From positions 7,986 to 71,985 of the forward strand of contig CAZMCI010000001.1 of assembly GCA_964564905.1 (NCBI GenBank): a stretch of DNA of 64,000 bases, given 5' to 3'. The stretch comes from Candidatus Hadarchaeota archaeon (lineage in GTDB: Archaea > Hadarchaeota > Hadarchaeia > Hadarchaeales > Hadarchaeaceae). Of the stretch, positions 36,752 to 45,495 are shown one piece after another (position 1 is the first letter of the stretch; every line of letters starts with the position of its first letter). The notes beneath the pieces were generated by a model. That model ran no database searches. It worked only from the letters and a program-made list of their open reading frames with translations, and had not been told where the DNA came from. A program made the position numbers and the translations under genes.

Positions 36752-37345
36752 GTGAAAGTAGGGCCTCGCTACAGAGTAGAGTTCAGGAGAAAGCGGGAGG
36801 GCAGGACCGACTACCGGCGGAGGCTGAACCTGCTGAGGTCGAGAAAACCGCGTTTGGTGGCGCGGGTCTCGCTCAAACATGTACATGTGCAGGTCGTCCA
36901 AGCCACCCCTTCCGGGGATGTTGTTCTTGCTTCAGCGCACTCAAAGCAGCTTGGAAAATTCGGATGGAAGACCCCCACCTCAAATGTTCCGGCGAGTTAT
37001 CTAGTAGGTTTGCTCTGCGGATATCGGGCCATAAAGGCAGGCGTGAAAGAGACCGTGTTCGATGTGGGAATGCACGATGTGGTCCCCCAATCCAAGGTAT
37101 TTGCGGTCCTCAAGGGGGCTCTCGATGCTGGTTTGAGTGTTCCCCATGGGGAGAAAATTTTGCCTCAGGAGGAGCGAATTGTTGGAGAACATATTTCCAA
37201 ATATGCTGAGAAGTTAAAAAAAGATGACCCGGAGGGATACCGGGCCCGTTTTTCGAGATATCTTGCAGAAGGGGTTCCACCAGAACAACTCCCCGCGCAT
37301 TTTAATGAAGTTAGACGAGCAATAATAACACAATTTGGTGGGTGA
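36752..37345 (+). CDS. rpl18: Ribosomal protein uL18
   Basis: RRKREGRTDYRRRLNLLRSRKPRLVARVS. Confidence 0.85.
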   Translation: MKVGPRYRVEFRRKREGRTDYRRRLNLLRSRKPRLVARVSLKHVHVQVVQATPSGDVVLASAHSKQLGKFGWKTPTSNVPASYLVGLLCGYRAIKAGVKETVFDVGMHDVVPQSKVFAVLKGALDAGLSVPHGEKILPQEERIVGEHISKYAEKLKKDDPEGYRARFSRYLAEGVPPEQLPAHFNEVRRAIITQFGG

Positions 37346-37348
37346 TGG

Positions 37349-38011
37349 ATGTCGAGCCCTCAAAAGGAGTTCAATATTGAGTTGTGGAAGCCGAGAACCA
37401 GCTTGGGTCGAAAGGTCAAAGAGGGACGGATAACCAGCATATCCCAGATTCTTCGGGAAGGCAATCCCATAAAGGAGGTTGAGATCGTCGATGCGCTGGT
37501 ACCAAATCTCGAGGAGAAGGTCTTGGGGGTAAGCTTGGTCCAGCGAATGCACAAATCGGGGCGACGGGTCAAGTACAAAGTCGTGGTCGTCGTCGGAAAT
37601 CGGGACGGAGTTGTCGGCGTGGGGCAGGGGAGCACCAGGGAAATAAGCTCCTCGATAAGGAAGGCCGTGAACAATGCAAAATTGAATTTGATTGAGGTGA
37701 CTAGGGGATGCGGAAGCTGGGAGTGCAGGTGTGGCCGTCCCCACTCGGTCCCGTTCAAGGTGACCGGAAAACGTGGCAGCACAAGGGTCACCATAATCCC
37801 CGCGCCCCGTGGTCTCGGTGTCGCCGCCGCGGAGGTTCCGAAAACGATCCTTCGCATGGCCGGGATCAAGGACGCCTGGACACATTCGAAGGGACAGACC
37901 AAAACGACTTTGAACTTTGCCTTCGCCACGCTGGAGGCGCTTAGGCAGACCACCTTAGTGAGCCCTCCGGAACGACTTAGGGAGCACGTTCATACCGAAA
38001 AAGATTGGTGA
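37349..38011 (+). CDS. rps5: Ribosomal protein uS5
   Basis: dsRBD-like + S5 C-terminal domain, VVVVVGNRDGVVGVGQG. Confidence 0.9.
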   Translation: MSSPQKEFNIELWKPRTSLGRKVKEGRITSISQILREGNPIKEVEIVDALVPNLEEKVLGVSLVQRMHKSGRRVKYKVVVVVGNRDGVVGVGQGSTREISSSIRKAVNNAKLNLIEVTRGCGSWECRCGRPHSVPFKVTGKRGSTRVTIIPAPRGLGVAAAEVPKTILRMAGIKDAWTHSKGQTKTTLNFAFATLEALRQTTLVSPPERLREHVHTEKDW

Positions 38012-38017
38012 GATTAA

Positions 38018-38485
38018 ATGGGTAAGCTAGCGGTTGTTCGGATCCGAAGCGGTATCAACGCGCGCGGGGACGTGAAAAAAACGTTGAATCTCCTTCGCCT
38101 GACGCGCGTGAATCACTGCGTCGTAGTCGATGATGATCCTTCCACGCTTGGGATGATCAAGAAGGCCAAGGACTACATAACATGGGGAGAGGTTGATCCG
38201 AAGACCCTCGAGTACTTGCTCAGAAAGCGTGGGCGGCTTTCTGGGAACAGACCTCTGACGGATGACTTCATTAGATCCAAAACGGAGTTTTCCGGAATCG
38301 ATGGGCTGGCAGCAGCACTGTGTGCAGGAGAGATCAGATTCGAGGATGTGCCTGGCCTCAAAAAGGTCTTCAGGCTTCATCCCCCGCGGAAAGGGTACAA
38401 GTCTACAAAGCGACCGGTCGGGGACCTTGGAGACCTTGGATACCGTGGCAGGCGGATAAATGAGTTGATAATGAGAATGGCATAG
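38018..38485 (+). CDS. rpl30: Ribosomal protein uL30
   Basis: LAVVRIRSGINARGDVKKTLNLLRL. Confidence 0.85.
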   Translation: MGKLAVVRIRSGINARGDVKKTLNLLRLTRVNHCVVVDDDPSTLGMIKKAKDYITWGEVDPKTLEYLLRKRGRLSGNRPLTDDFIRSKTEFSGIDGLAAALCAGEIRFEDVPGLKKVFRLHPPRKGYKSTKRPVGDLGDLGYRGRRINELIMRMA

Positions 38486-38935
38486 GTGAAAAGCATGGTA
38501 GTTCGAAGACGGAGAAAGGTTAGGACCCAGCGGGGCACACGCACGCACGGAAGAGGATGCGCCAAGCGTGGGCGTGGCAGCGGCGAGAGAGCCGGTACTG
38601 GGTTGAGCGGCGGTCACAAACAAAAGTGGTCGTATATTCTAAAACACATGCCCGACCACTTCGGAAAACACGGCTTTAAACGTCCCTCCGCAGTTCGGGA
38701 GGAGGTTGGAACGGTTAACGTTGGAGAACTCGACGAACGTTTAGATGAACTTCTGCAGTCGGGGATCGCGAGGCGAGAAGGAGAAAAATTCGTGGTCGAT
38801 GCTGGCCAGTTGGGATTCCAGAAAGTGTTGGGTGGTGGCAGGGTCACGCGTCCTCTTGAGGTGATAGCTAAGGAATTTTCCGAATCCGCCAGAAGAAAGC
38901 TCGACGAAGCCGGTGGCAGGGCAGTCTCCGGGTGA
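38486..38935 (+). CDS. rpl15: Ribosomal protein uL15
   Basis: Basic Gly-rich N-terminus KRGRGSGERAGTGLSGGHK. Confidence 0.85.
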   Translation: MKSMVVRRRRKVRTQRGTRTHGRGCAKRGRGSGERAGTGLSGGHKQKWSYILKHMPDHFGKHGFKRPSAVREEVGTVNVGELDERLDELLQSGIARREGEKFVVDAGQLGFQKVLGGGRVTRPLEVIAKEFSESARRKLDEAGGRAVSG

Positions 38936-40272
38936 AAGCGATGGAGTCAGCAGGTGTGCTAAGGTCGAAGCTCTACGCGCTTGAACCCCTCGTCACCAGA
39001 CTGCCCGAGGTGTCTGTCCCCAAACGTCACGTGACCTTTAAAGAAAAATTCATGTGGACGGGGATAGTCCTCGTCCTCTTCTTCATCATGACCCAGATTT
39101 CACTTTACGGCATTCCTCCCGGGCAAGAGGTCTCAGATTTTTTTGGCCAGTTGAGGTTTGTCCTCGCTAGTCACGCTGGAACCCTGATGGAACTTGGAAT
39201 CGGGCCCATTGTGACCGCCGGCATCATCATGCAGCTATTGGTGGGAAGTAAGATAATAGGACTTAACCTCACCGACCACAGAGACCGGGCATTGTTTACA
39301 GGTGTCCAGAAGCTCCTGGCGGTCGGGATGGGTATCTTTGAGGGCGCTATGTTCGTGTTGAGCGGAAGATATGGGGTCGGGCTTGGGGACCCGGCCGGAA
39401 TCTTCATACTCATTCAGCTCGCTCTTGGGGTGATTATCGTGATTTACCTAGATGAGCTTGTCTCGAAATACGGATTCGGAAGCGGCGTGAGTCTCTTCAT
39501 AGCCGGAGGCGTGGCGATGACCGTATTCTGGCAGGCGCTGAACCCCATGACCGGGGCCATCCCCAATTTTGTGGGATCCATGCTGGCAGGGGAGAGCATC
39601 GGAGACGTGTTTTTCAGACCCGGCCTCCCCAACATGATGGGAGTGGTGGCGACTGTGGTGGTGTTCCTGGTAGTGGTCTACGCGGAGAGCATGAGGATAG
39701 AGATACCGCTCGCGTATGGCAGGTTCGGCGGGATAAGGGGAAGATACCCCATCAGGTTCCTGTACACCTCGAACATCCCGGTTATCCTCGCCATGACCGT
39801 CTTCGCCAACTTCAGGATGCTGGCCGCCGTGCTGAACGTACCATGGTTATCCTACTACACTACGCCACCAAATGGACTCAGCTCTGTGACGGCGGATCCC
39901 CTCCAAGCTGGCGTGTACACGGTGATCCTAGTTTTGGCAAGCATAGGTTTTTCGCTGCTCTGGGTGAATCTAACAGGTATGGGACCGAGGGATGTGGCCC
40001 AGCAGCTTGATCGATCCGGAATGCTTATTCCCGGTTTCCGGCGCGACATAAGGGTGATGGAGTGGATTTTACGGAGATATATCCTCGCCACCGCCCTGAT
40101 GGGTGGGATGTTCGTTGGGCTGATATCAGCGGGTGCCGATATTATGGGTGCTCTGGGCAGCGGAACCGGGATCCTGCTTACGGTTGGTATTATTTACCGC
40201 CTCTACGAGGAGATAGCGAGGGAACGCGTGGCTGAGATGTTTCCCGCTGTGAGGAGGTTTTTGGGTGAGTAA
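38932..40272 (+). CDS. secY: Preprotein translocase subunit SecY
   Basis: 10 TM helices, 446 aa, after L15. Confidence 0.9.
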   Translation: MKAMESAGVLRSKLYALEPLVTRLPEVSVPKRHVTFKEKFMWTGIVLVLFFIMTQISLYGIPPGQEVSDFFGQLRFVLASHAGTLMELGIGPIVTAGIIMQLLVGSKIIGLNLTDHRDRALFTGVQKLLAVGMGIFEGAMFVLSGRYGVGLGDPAGIFILIQLALGVIIVIYLDELVSKYGFGSGVSLFIAGGVAMTVFWQALNPMTGAIPNFVGSMLAGESIGDVFFRPGLPNMMGVVATVVVFLVVVYAESMRIEIPLAYGRFGGIRGRYPIRFLYTSNIPVILAMTVFANFRMLAAVLNVPWLSYYTTPPNGLSSVTADPLQAGVYTVILVLASIGFSLLWVNLTGMGPRDVAQQLDRSGMLIPGFRRDIRVMEWILRRYILATALMGGMFVGLISAGADIMGALGSGTGILLTVGIIYRLYEEIARERVAEMFPAVRRFLGE

Positions 40273-40837
40273 AAGGGTTGTCGTGACGGGTGTTCCCGGC
40301 TCCGGAAAGACGACAGTTCTGGAGAGAGCACTTGCACAGCTCGCTGCCAAGGGGATAAATTACGCAGTCTTGAATTACGGCGACGCGATGCTGGAGCTCA
40401 TGAAGAAGGAGGGTATACGGGATCGTGATGACATGCGAAAGGTTCCGACCGAGAGATATCGAGAAATCCAACGGGAGGCGGCCAAGCGTATAGCCCAGGC
40501 ATCGAAACGGGGTCCGGTCATCGTGGATACCCACTGTCTCATCAAAAAGCCTGAGGGGTATTATCCCGGCCTGCCGCGGTGGGTGCTGGAAGAGCTCAAT
40601 CCCGAGTCCATTATCATAATAGAAGCGAGCCCGGAGGAAGTCGCTGGACGTCGTGATCGGGACTTGAGTAGGAGGAGGGATAAGGAGGTTGTTCAGATGA
40701 TAGAGGAGCACCAAGCGATGAACCGCGCGACCGCCGCTGCTTATGCCGCATTTTCGGGTGCTACGGTGAGGATAATCAAAAATAGGGATAAAAAATTAAA
40801 CGAGGCGGTGAATGAGATGGTCGAGGCGTTGAGGTGA
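40265..40837 (+). CDS. adk: Adenylate kinase (archaeal type)
   Basis: VVVTGVPGSGKTT P-loop, 190 aa, conserved position after secY. Confidence 0.85.
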   Translation: MSKRVVVTGVPGSGKTTVLERALAQLAAKGINYAVLNYGDAMLELMKKEGIRDRDDMRKVPTERYREIQREAAKRIAQASKRGPVIVDTHCLIKKPEGYYPGLPRWVLEELNPESIIIIEASPEEVAGRRDRDLSRRRDKEVVQMIEEHQAMNRATAAAYAAFSGATVRIIKNRDKKLNEAVNEMVEALR

Positions 40838-40841
40838 GCTT

Positions 40842-41651
40842 GTGAAAAAGGGGATAGCGGTCCTAATAGCGGCGATATTGGTGCTCGCTGTTCACGGCGA
40901 CGTTCAGGCTCAGGAGGAAAATCACCAAGCTGATCTGTTCACCTTGGTGAACAAACTGGACACGTCCATCACCTCGCTGAGGCGGGGAGACACGGATGGC
41001 GCTTCCGCGCTCATCTCTGAGGCATCGGATATATATCAGGCAGATTTCAGCCCGAGGATTGAAAATATCGACAACTCACTCGACTCGCGGATCGAGGAGG
41101 CTTTCGCCTCTCTTAAACAGGAACCCACGGAAAACGGAATTTTTGCGCTTAAAAACGATGTTCTTCAGGCCGCAGGTTTGATCGGTGTTTTTCTATCCCC
41201 GATCTACTCATATTCCATGTTCATCATTCTGGTCATCGCATTGGTGGCATCCCTACTCGTCACCCTTCTCAACAAGTGGCTGGTCAACTGGAGCTTTGTA
41301 AAGGAAAGCAGGGCCAAGATGTCCGAGTTTCAGAAGGAGCTCCGTGAGGCCAGAAGCAAGCGGGATATGAAGCAGCTTCACAGGATCCAGCAACGGCAGG
41401 GCGAGATCCTCAAGCTTCAGAGTGAAATGTTCAAACAGACGCTCAAGCCGACCATCATATACCTCATCCCCCTCATGCTCCTCTGGATGATCCTGCTCGG
41501 CGTGTACGCTGGGTGGGTGGTTGCTTGGCTGCCGTTCACCATAGACCTTCCGATCTTCGGACGGTTGGTGGCGTTTGGAGTGGGTTGGTGGTACTTCATC
41601 TCATACATGGGGTTCTCCCAGATATTCAGGAAAATTTTAATCGGGGATTGA
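40842..41651 (+). CDS. DUF106-family membrane protein (archaeal Oxa1/YidC/EMC3-like insertase homolog) with an N-terminal signal peptide and ~110-aa extension
   Basis: Conserved position between adk and rpl34e. Coiled-coil motif KMSEFQKELREARSKRD between TM helices; 269 aa. Confidence 0.5.
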   Translation: MKKGIAVLIAAILVLAVHGDVQAQEENHQADLFTLVNKLDTSITSLRRGDTDGASALISEASDIYQADFSPRIENIDNSLDSRIEEAFASLKQEPTENGIFALKNDVLQAAGLIGVFLSPIYSYSMFIILVIALVASLLVTLLNKWLVNWSFVKESRAKMSEFQKELREARSKRDMKQLHRIQQRQGEILKLQSEMFKQTLKPTIIYLIPLMLLWMILLGVYAGWVVAWLPFTIDLPIFGRLVAFGVGWWYFISYMGFSQIFRKILIGD

Positions 41652-41652
41652 G

Positions 41653-41919
41653 ATGCCCGAGCGAAGATACAGGACAAAAGGATATAAGCGTCGATCAGTC
41701 CGGAGCACCGGAGGACGAGTTGTCTGGCATTACAAGAATGCCCGTCCGGGACCGGCCAGATGTGCTTCATGCGGCCGAGTTTTGGGTGGTGTCCCACGCT
41801 TGAGAGGGAGCGCTATGCGGTCCCTTCCTCGGAGTTCAAGAATGCCGAACCGTCCGTTTGGCGGGTATCTGTGCCCGGCGTGCGCACGCAGGTCCATCAA
41901 AGAAACGGTCAGAACGTGA
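41653..41919 (+). CDS. rpl34e: Ribosomal protein eL34
   Basis: RRYRTKGYKRRSVRSTGGRVVWHYKNARPGPARCASCG...GGYLCPAC. Confidence 0.8.
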   Translation: MPERRYRTKGYKRRSVRSTGGRVVWHYKNARPGPARCASCGRVLGGVPRLRGSAMRSLPRSSRMPNRPFGGYLCPACARRSIKETVRT

Positions 41920-41924
41920 ATTCC

Positions 41925-42491
41925 ATGGTGGTCGTGGCGATAAGCGGTTCGTCCGGGACCGGCAAGACGACCGTGGCCAGGTATCTTGTAAAGGAGTTTG
42001 GGCTCAAATACGTGTGTGCTGGAACCATTTTCAGAAAACTTGCGGAGGAAAAAGGAATGACGCTCGAGGAGTTCTCCAGATACGTGGAGCGGCATCCGGA
42101 GATCGACAGGATGATCGACCGACGCACCGTGGAGGCCGCTAGGGAAAAGAACGTGCTCATCGACGCCCGTCTGGCGGGCTGGATGGCGAAAAAAGCGGAT
42201 GTGAAAATTTTGCTTACGGCGCCTCTCGAGGTGAGGGTCAGACGAATATCTCAGCGAGAGGGACGCAGGCATGATGAGGTGCTGAGGGAAACCGTAGTAC
42301 GGGAGCGGAGCGAACGGAGACGTTTCAAAAAAATTTACGGTATCGATGTGGGCGATCATTCGTCTTTTGATCTTATCCTCAATACCGCACGTCTCTCAGT
42401 TCGCGAGACCGTGGGGATATCTAAATCCGCGATCGACCTCATTCGCAGGCGGAAGGCCGAACAACGAAATGGCGTTAGGAAATATTCATGA
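41925..42491 (+). CDS. cmk: Cytidylate kinase (archaeal)
   Basis: VAISGSSGTGKTT P-loop; start at ATG 41925 immediately after the eL34 stop. Confidence 0.8.
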   Translation: MVVVAISGSSGTGKTTVARYLVKEFGLKYVCAGTIFRKLAEEKGMTLEEFSRYVERHPEIDRMIDRRTVEAAREKNVLIDARLAGWMAKKADVKILLTAPLEVRVRRISQREGRRHDEVLRETVVRERSERRRFKKIYGIDVGDHSSFDLILNTARLSVRETVGISKSAIDLIRRRKAEQRNGVRKYS

Positions 42492-44038
42492 AAAATTTTT
42501 CCACGAGAGCCGTCTTACCCATTTTGGCGGTCCTGCTCATCTCAAGTGCTCTGCTAATTCTTGGATGGAAGGAAGAGCCTCCGCTTGAAATCACTGCTAC
42601 AGAGAGCCATCATGCGATCCGGAATACCGGAGAAATGATAACAGGCACGGTTTTGGGCATGTTGAACGAGGATGAACTTGAACTTACAGACGGGGACATC
42701 GAGCTCCTCAATTCTGCGGTGGACCTGCTCACACGTTCCAAGGCCGCATTCTATGCCGGGAATTACCCCACAGCCAAGGAGTTGGCTGATAACTCAAGAC
42801 AGTTGATGGAACAGTTGAAACAATCGTTGAAGATATCGGAGACGAGTATGGATGACCTTTACGTAGCTCCCCCCAACGGCGGAATTACAAAGTACAAGGG
42901 CGTGTGGACCCATTCCATCGAGGCAATGCGGGATATGTTGATGAACGTGGAGAACCTGAAGCGGATGGGTGTGAATTTTATCACCGTGACCCTGGATGTC
43001 GAGATGGATGAGAATGGGAACATGCATGTCGTTGGAGGTAACGATGCTCTGTTTTACATAATGGCATACCATCGGTGTGGGTTCAGGGTTCTTCTCATGC
43101 TGGATCCGTGCCATCCGACGTTTGTGAATGGGTTTGAGTGGGAGCTGGGAGACAACAGCGCCTTGGTGAGAAGGGGCCCTGAGATCTTGGAAAATCTCAC
43201 ACCGCTGGTGATGGAATGGGCCGAGATCGCGGAGAAGTATGGAGTAGAGATGTACTCTCCCGTGAACGAGACACAGACCTTCGTCCGTAGCTCGGAAGAG
43301 GCGTCGCAGTGGGCACAGAAGATATTGCCGGGGCTCCGGGAGAGGTATGGGGGGAAGCTGGTTCTCAGGAGCCATGGCGGAGCTGAGTTCAATTCATTTG
43401 AGCCGAATGCCAGTGGGTATGACCTAGTCGCCCTGAGCGGATGTTCTACTTGGCAGCCACTCGAATCTTGGCGGGCGCATCTGAGGGAACAGTTGGACAA
43501 CTTGGTCTCCATGGTTGAAAGGGATGGATGCGATAACGGAATCCTCCTTGATTTCGGCTCCACATATCTTGGCGGATCTTGGTGCGAGCCATCAGCGGTA
43601 CAGCCACTGACCGAGGAGGTTCAAGCTCAGGCGTTGCAGATGCTGTTCGAGGATGGGTGGGAGAGGACCAAAGGCTTTTTCCTGCCGGTGGGGCAGGGAT
43701 GGAGCTTCATTGGGCACCCGGCGGAAAATGTGGTTGGGGAGTGGTACGGGGAAAGCGGAACGCTCCCTATAAAACCCGTGGACAAGATATGGAACAACCC
43801 GCATCTCCTCAAACTTGTTGAAAAGGTCCTCTCTCCGGAAAAGAGACCGTTTTACCACTGGACGTACTCAAATGGGGTGCATGTGGATAACCAAAACCCC
43901 GGACCGAACGGTTGTACGAGTGCGGAAGAATGCGACGAATATGCGCTGGCCCACGAGAAGGAGTGCGATGAATGGTTGATGGAAAGGGGTATCGAGGGTT
44001 ATGGGAGCAACTTTTTTGTAGAGTGTTACACAGAATGA
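42488..44038 (+). CDS. Secreted/membrane-anchored TIM-barrel protein, glycoside-hydrolase-like (GH5-like NE motif); inserted inside the conserved cmk-eL14-cbf5 block
   Basis: N-terminal signal anchor; beta/alpha-barrel-like alternation; YSPVNETQTF resembles the GH5 acid/base NEP motif; Cys-rich C-terminus. Confidence 0.35.
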   Translation: MKNFSTRAVLPILAVLLISSALLILGWKEEPPLEITATESHHAIRNTGEMITGTVLGMLNEDELELTDGDIELLNSAVDLLTRSKAAFYAGNYPTAKELADNSRQLMEQLKQSLKISETSMDDLYVAPPNGGITKYKGVWTHSIEAMRDMLMNVENLKRMGVNFITVTLDVEMDENGNMHVVGGNDALFYIMAYHRCGFRVLLMLDPCHPTFVNGFEWELGDNSALVRRGPEILENLTPLVMEWAEIAEKYGVEMYSPVNETQTFVRSSEEASQWAQKILPGLRERYGGKLVLRSHGGAEFNSFEPNASGYDLVALSGCSTWQPLESWRAHLREQLDNLVSMVERDGCDNGILLDFGSTYLGGSWCEPSAVQPLTEEVQAQALQMLFEDGWERTKGFFLPVGQGWSFIGHPAENVVGEWYGESGTLPIKPVDKIWNNPHLLKLVEKVLSPEKRPFYHWTYSNGVHVDNQNPGPNGCTSAEECDEYALAHEKECDEWLMERGIEGYGSNFFVECYTE

Positions 44039-44058
44039 AGGACAAGACTTGGTGAGGT

Positions 44059-44292
44059 GTGGAAATGGTCGTGGATGTTGGACGGGTGTGCGTGAAGACA
44101 GTGGGGCATGAGGCAGGCAAACGATGCGTGGTTGTCGAGGTTTTGGACGGCACCTTCGTGGTGGTGACCGGTCCGAAGGTAAAGCGAAGGCGCTGCAACA
44201 TTGCCCACCTCGAGCCTACTGACAAAAAACTGGAGATCAGGGAGGGGGCCTCGGACGAAGAGGTAAAGCGGGCTCTCGAGGCTTTGGGTTAA
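44059..44292 (+). CDS. rpl14e: Ribosomal protein eL14 (KOW)
   Basis: VGRVCVKTVGHEAGKRCVVVEVLDGTFVVVTG. Confidence 0.75.
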   Translation: MEMVVDVGRVCVKTVGHEAGKRCVVVEVLDGTFVVVTGPKVKRRRCNIAHLEPTDKKLEIREGASDEEVKRALEALG

Positions 44293-44296
44293 GCTG

Positions 44297-45289
44297 GTGT
44301 CTGGATTGGGCAAACTACCTTCGGATGTAAAACGGGAAGTCCTCGTCCGGGCGCACGATGTGACGGATCCAGAGCACGGATATAAACCCTCAGAACGCCC
44401 CGTTCGAGAACATCTCCGACTGGGCATTGTCAATCTCGACAAGCCTCCCGGCCCCACCTCCCACGAAATAGTGGCCTGGATAAAACAAGTGCTCGGCCTG
44501 CGTAGAGCAGGCCACGGAGGCACGCTTGATCCCAAGGTGAGCGGAGTGCTTCCCATCGCACTCGAGGACGCGACGAAAATAGTTCAGGTTCTTCTGCCGG
44601 CGGGAAAGGAGTACGTATGCGTGATGCACCTCCATGGCGATGTTTCCAATTCTCGTCTGGAGAAAGTCCTCAAAGAGTTTGAGGGTGAGATATTTCAGCG
44701 TCCGCCCCTCCGCGCGGCCGTCAAACGGCAACTGCGCACGCGGCATGTTTATTACATCGAACTTCTCGAGCGGGAAGGTCGCGATGTGCTCATGCGAGTC
44801 GGGTGCGAGGCGGGAACCTACCTCAGGAAAATATGTTTTGACATCGGGGAAGCGCTGGGATGCGGTGCCCACATGCGTGAGCTCCGGAGGACCAGGACAG
44901 GTCCATTTCGAGAGGAATCGGCGGTGAGATTTCACGATCTGGCTGACGCTTACGCATTTTGGCGTGAGGAGGGCGATGAGAAAAGGTTGCGTGAGGTGGT
45001 GCTGCCCGTGGAGGCCGCCGTGGAGCACCTGCCGAAACTCATCGTCAGGGATGGGGCCGTGGATGCCCTCTGCCACGGAGCTAGGTTAGCGGCCCCCGGA
45101 GTGCTTGTGCTTGACACGGGGATCTCAGTTGGAGACCTCATCGCAATTTTTACCCTGAAGGGAGAGCTGGTCGGGTTGGCAAGGGCGACGATGGACTCAA
45201 GACAGATCTACGAGGCAGAGCACGGAATCGTCGCCAAACCTGAGCGGGTGGTGATGTCCCCCGGGGTCTACCCGAGAAAGTGGAAATAG
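44297..45289 (+). CDS. cbf5: tRNA/rRNA pseudouridine synthase Cbf5 (TruB catalytic domain + PUA)
   Basis: DKPPGPTSHE and GTLDPKVSGVLPI TruB motifs; C-terminal PUA domain. Confidence 0.85.
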   Translation: MSGLGKLPSDVKREVLVRAHDVTDPEHGYKPSERPVREHLRLGIVNLDKPPGPTSHEIVAWIKQVLGLRRAGHGGTLDPKVSGVLPIALEDATKIVQVLLPAGKEYVCVMHLHGDVSNSRLEKVLKEFEGEIFQRPPLRAAVKRQLRTRHVYYIELLEREGRDVLMRVGCEAGTYLRKICFDIGEALGCGAHMRELRRTRTGPFREESAVRFHDLADAYAFWREEGDEKRLREVVLPVEAAVEHLPKLIVRDGAVDALCHGARLAAPGVLVLDTGISVGDLIAIFTLKGELVGLARATMDSRQIYEAEHGIVAKPERVVMSPGVYPRKWK

Positions 45290-45337
45290 TTTTCAAGATC
45301 TAAGTGGATATAGGGGCTGTGACTCAGTTAATTCGGT

Positions 45338-45438
45338 GCCGGGGTGCCTGAATCTGGTTAAAGGGCACGCCTGGAGTCGCTGACCGAAAGCGTGTGGCCC
45401 TCTGGGCCTTCAGGGTTCAAATCCCTGCCCCGGCGCCA
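45338..45438 (+). tRNA. tRNA-Ser (type II, long variable arm), anticodon GGA or GCT, with a ~12-nt insertion in the anticodon loop (putative small intron)
   Basis: Acceptor GCCGGGG/CCCCGGC, discriminator G, encoded CCA. T-arm CAGGG-TTCAAAT-CCCTG. Variable-arm helix GGCCC/GGGCC. Anticodon stem CACGC/GCGTG flanking a 19-nt loop. Confidence 0.7.
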
Positions 45439-45495
45439 CAGGACCACCGATGAAAAACTATTAAACGTCAGGCAGGAAGCAACTTCTGTGGTCAC

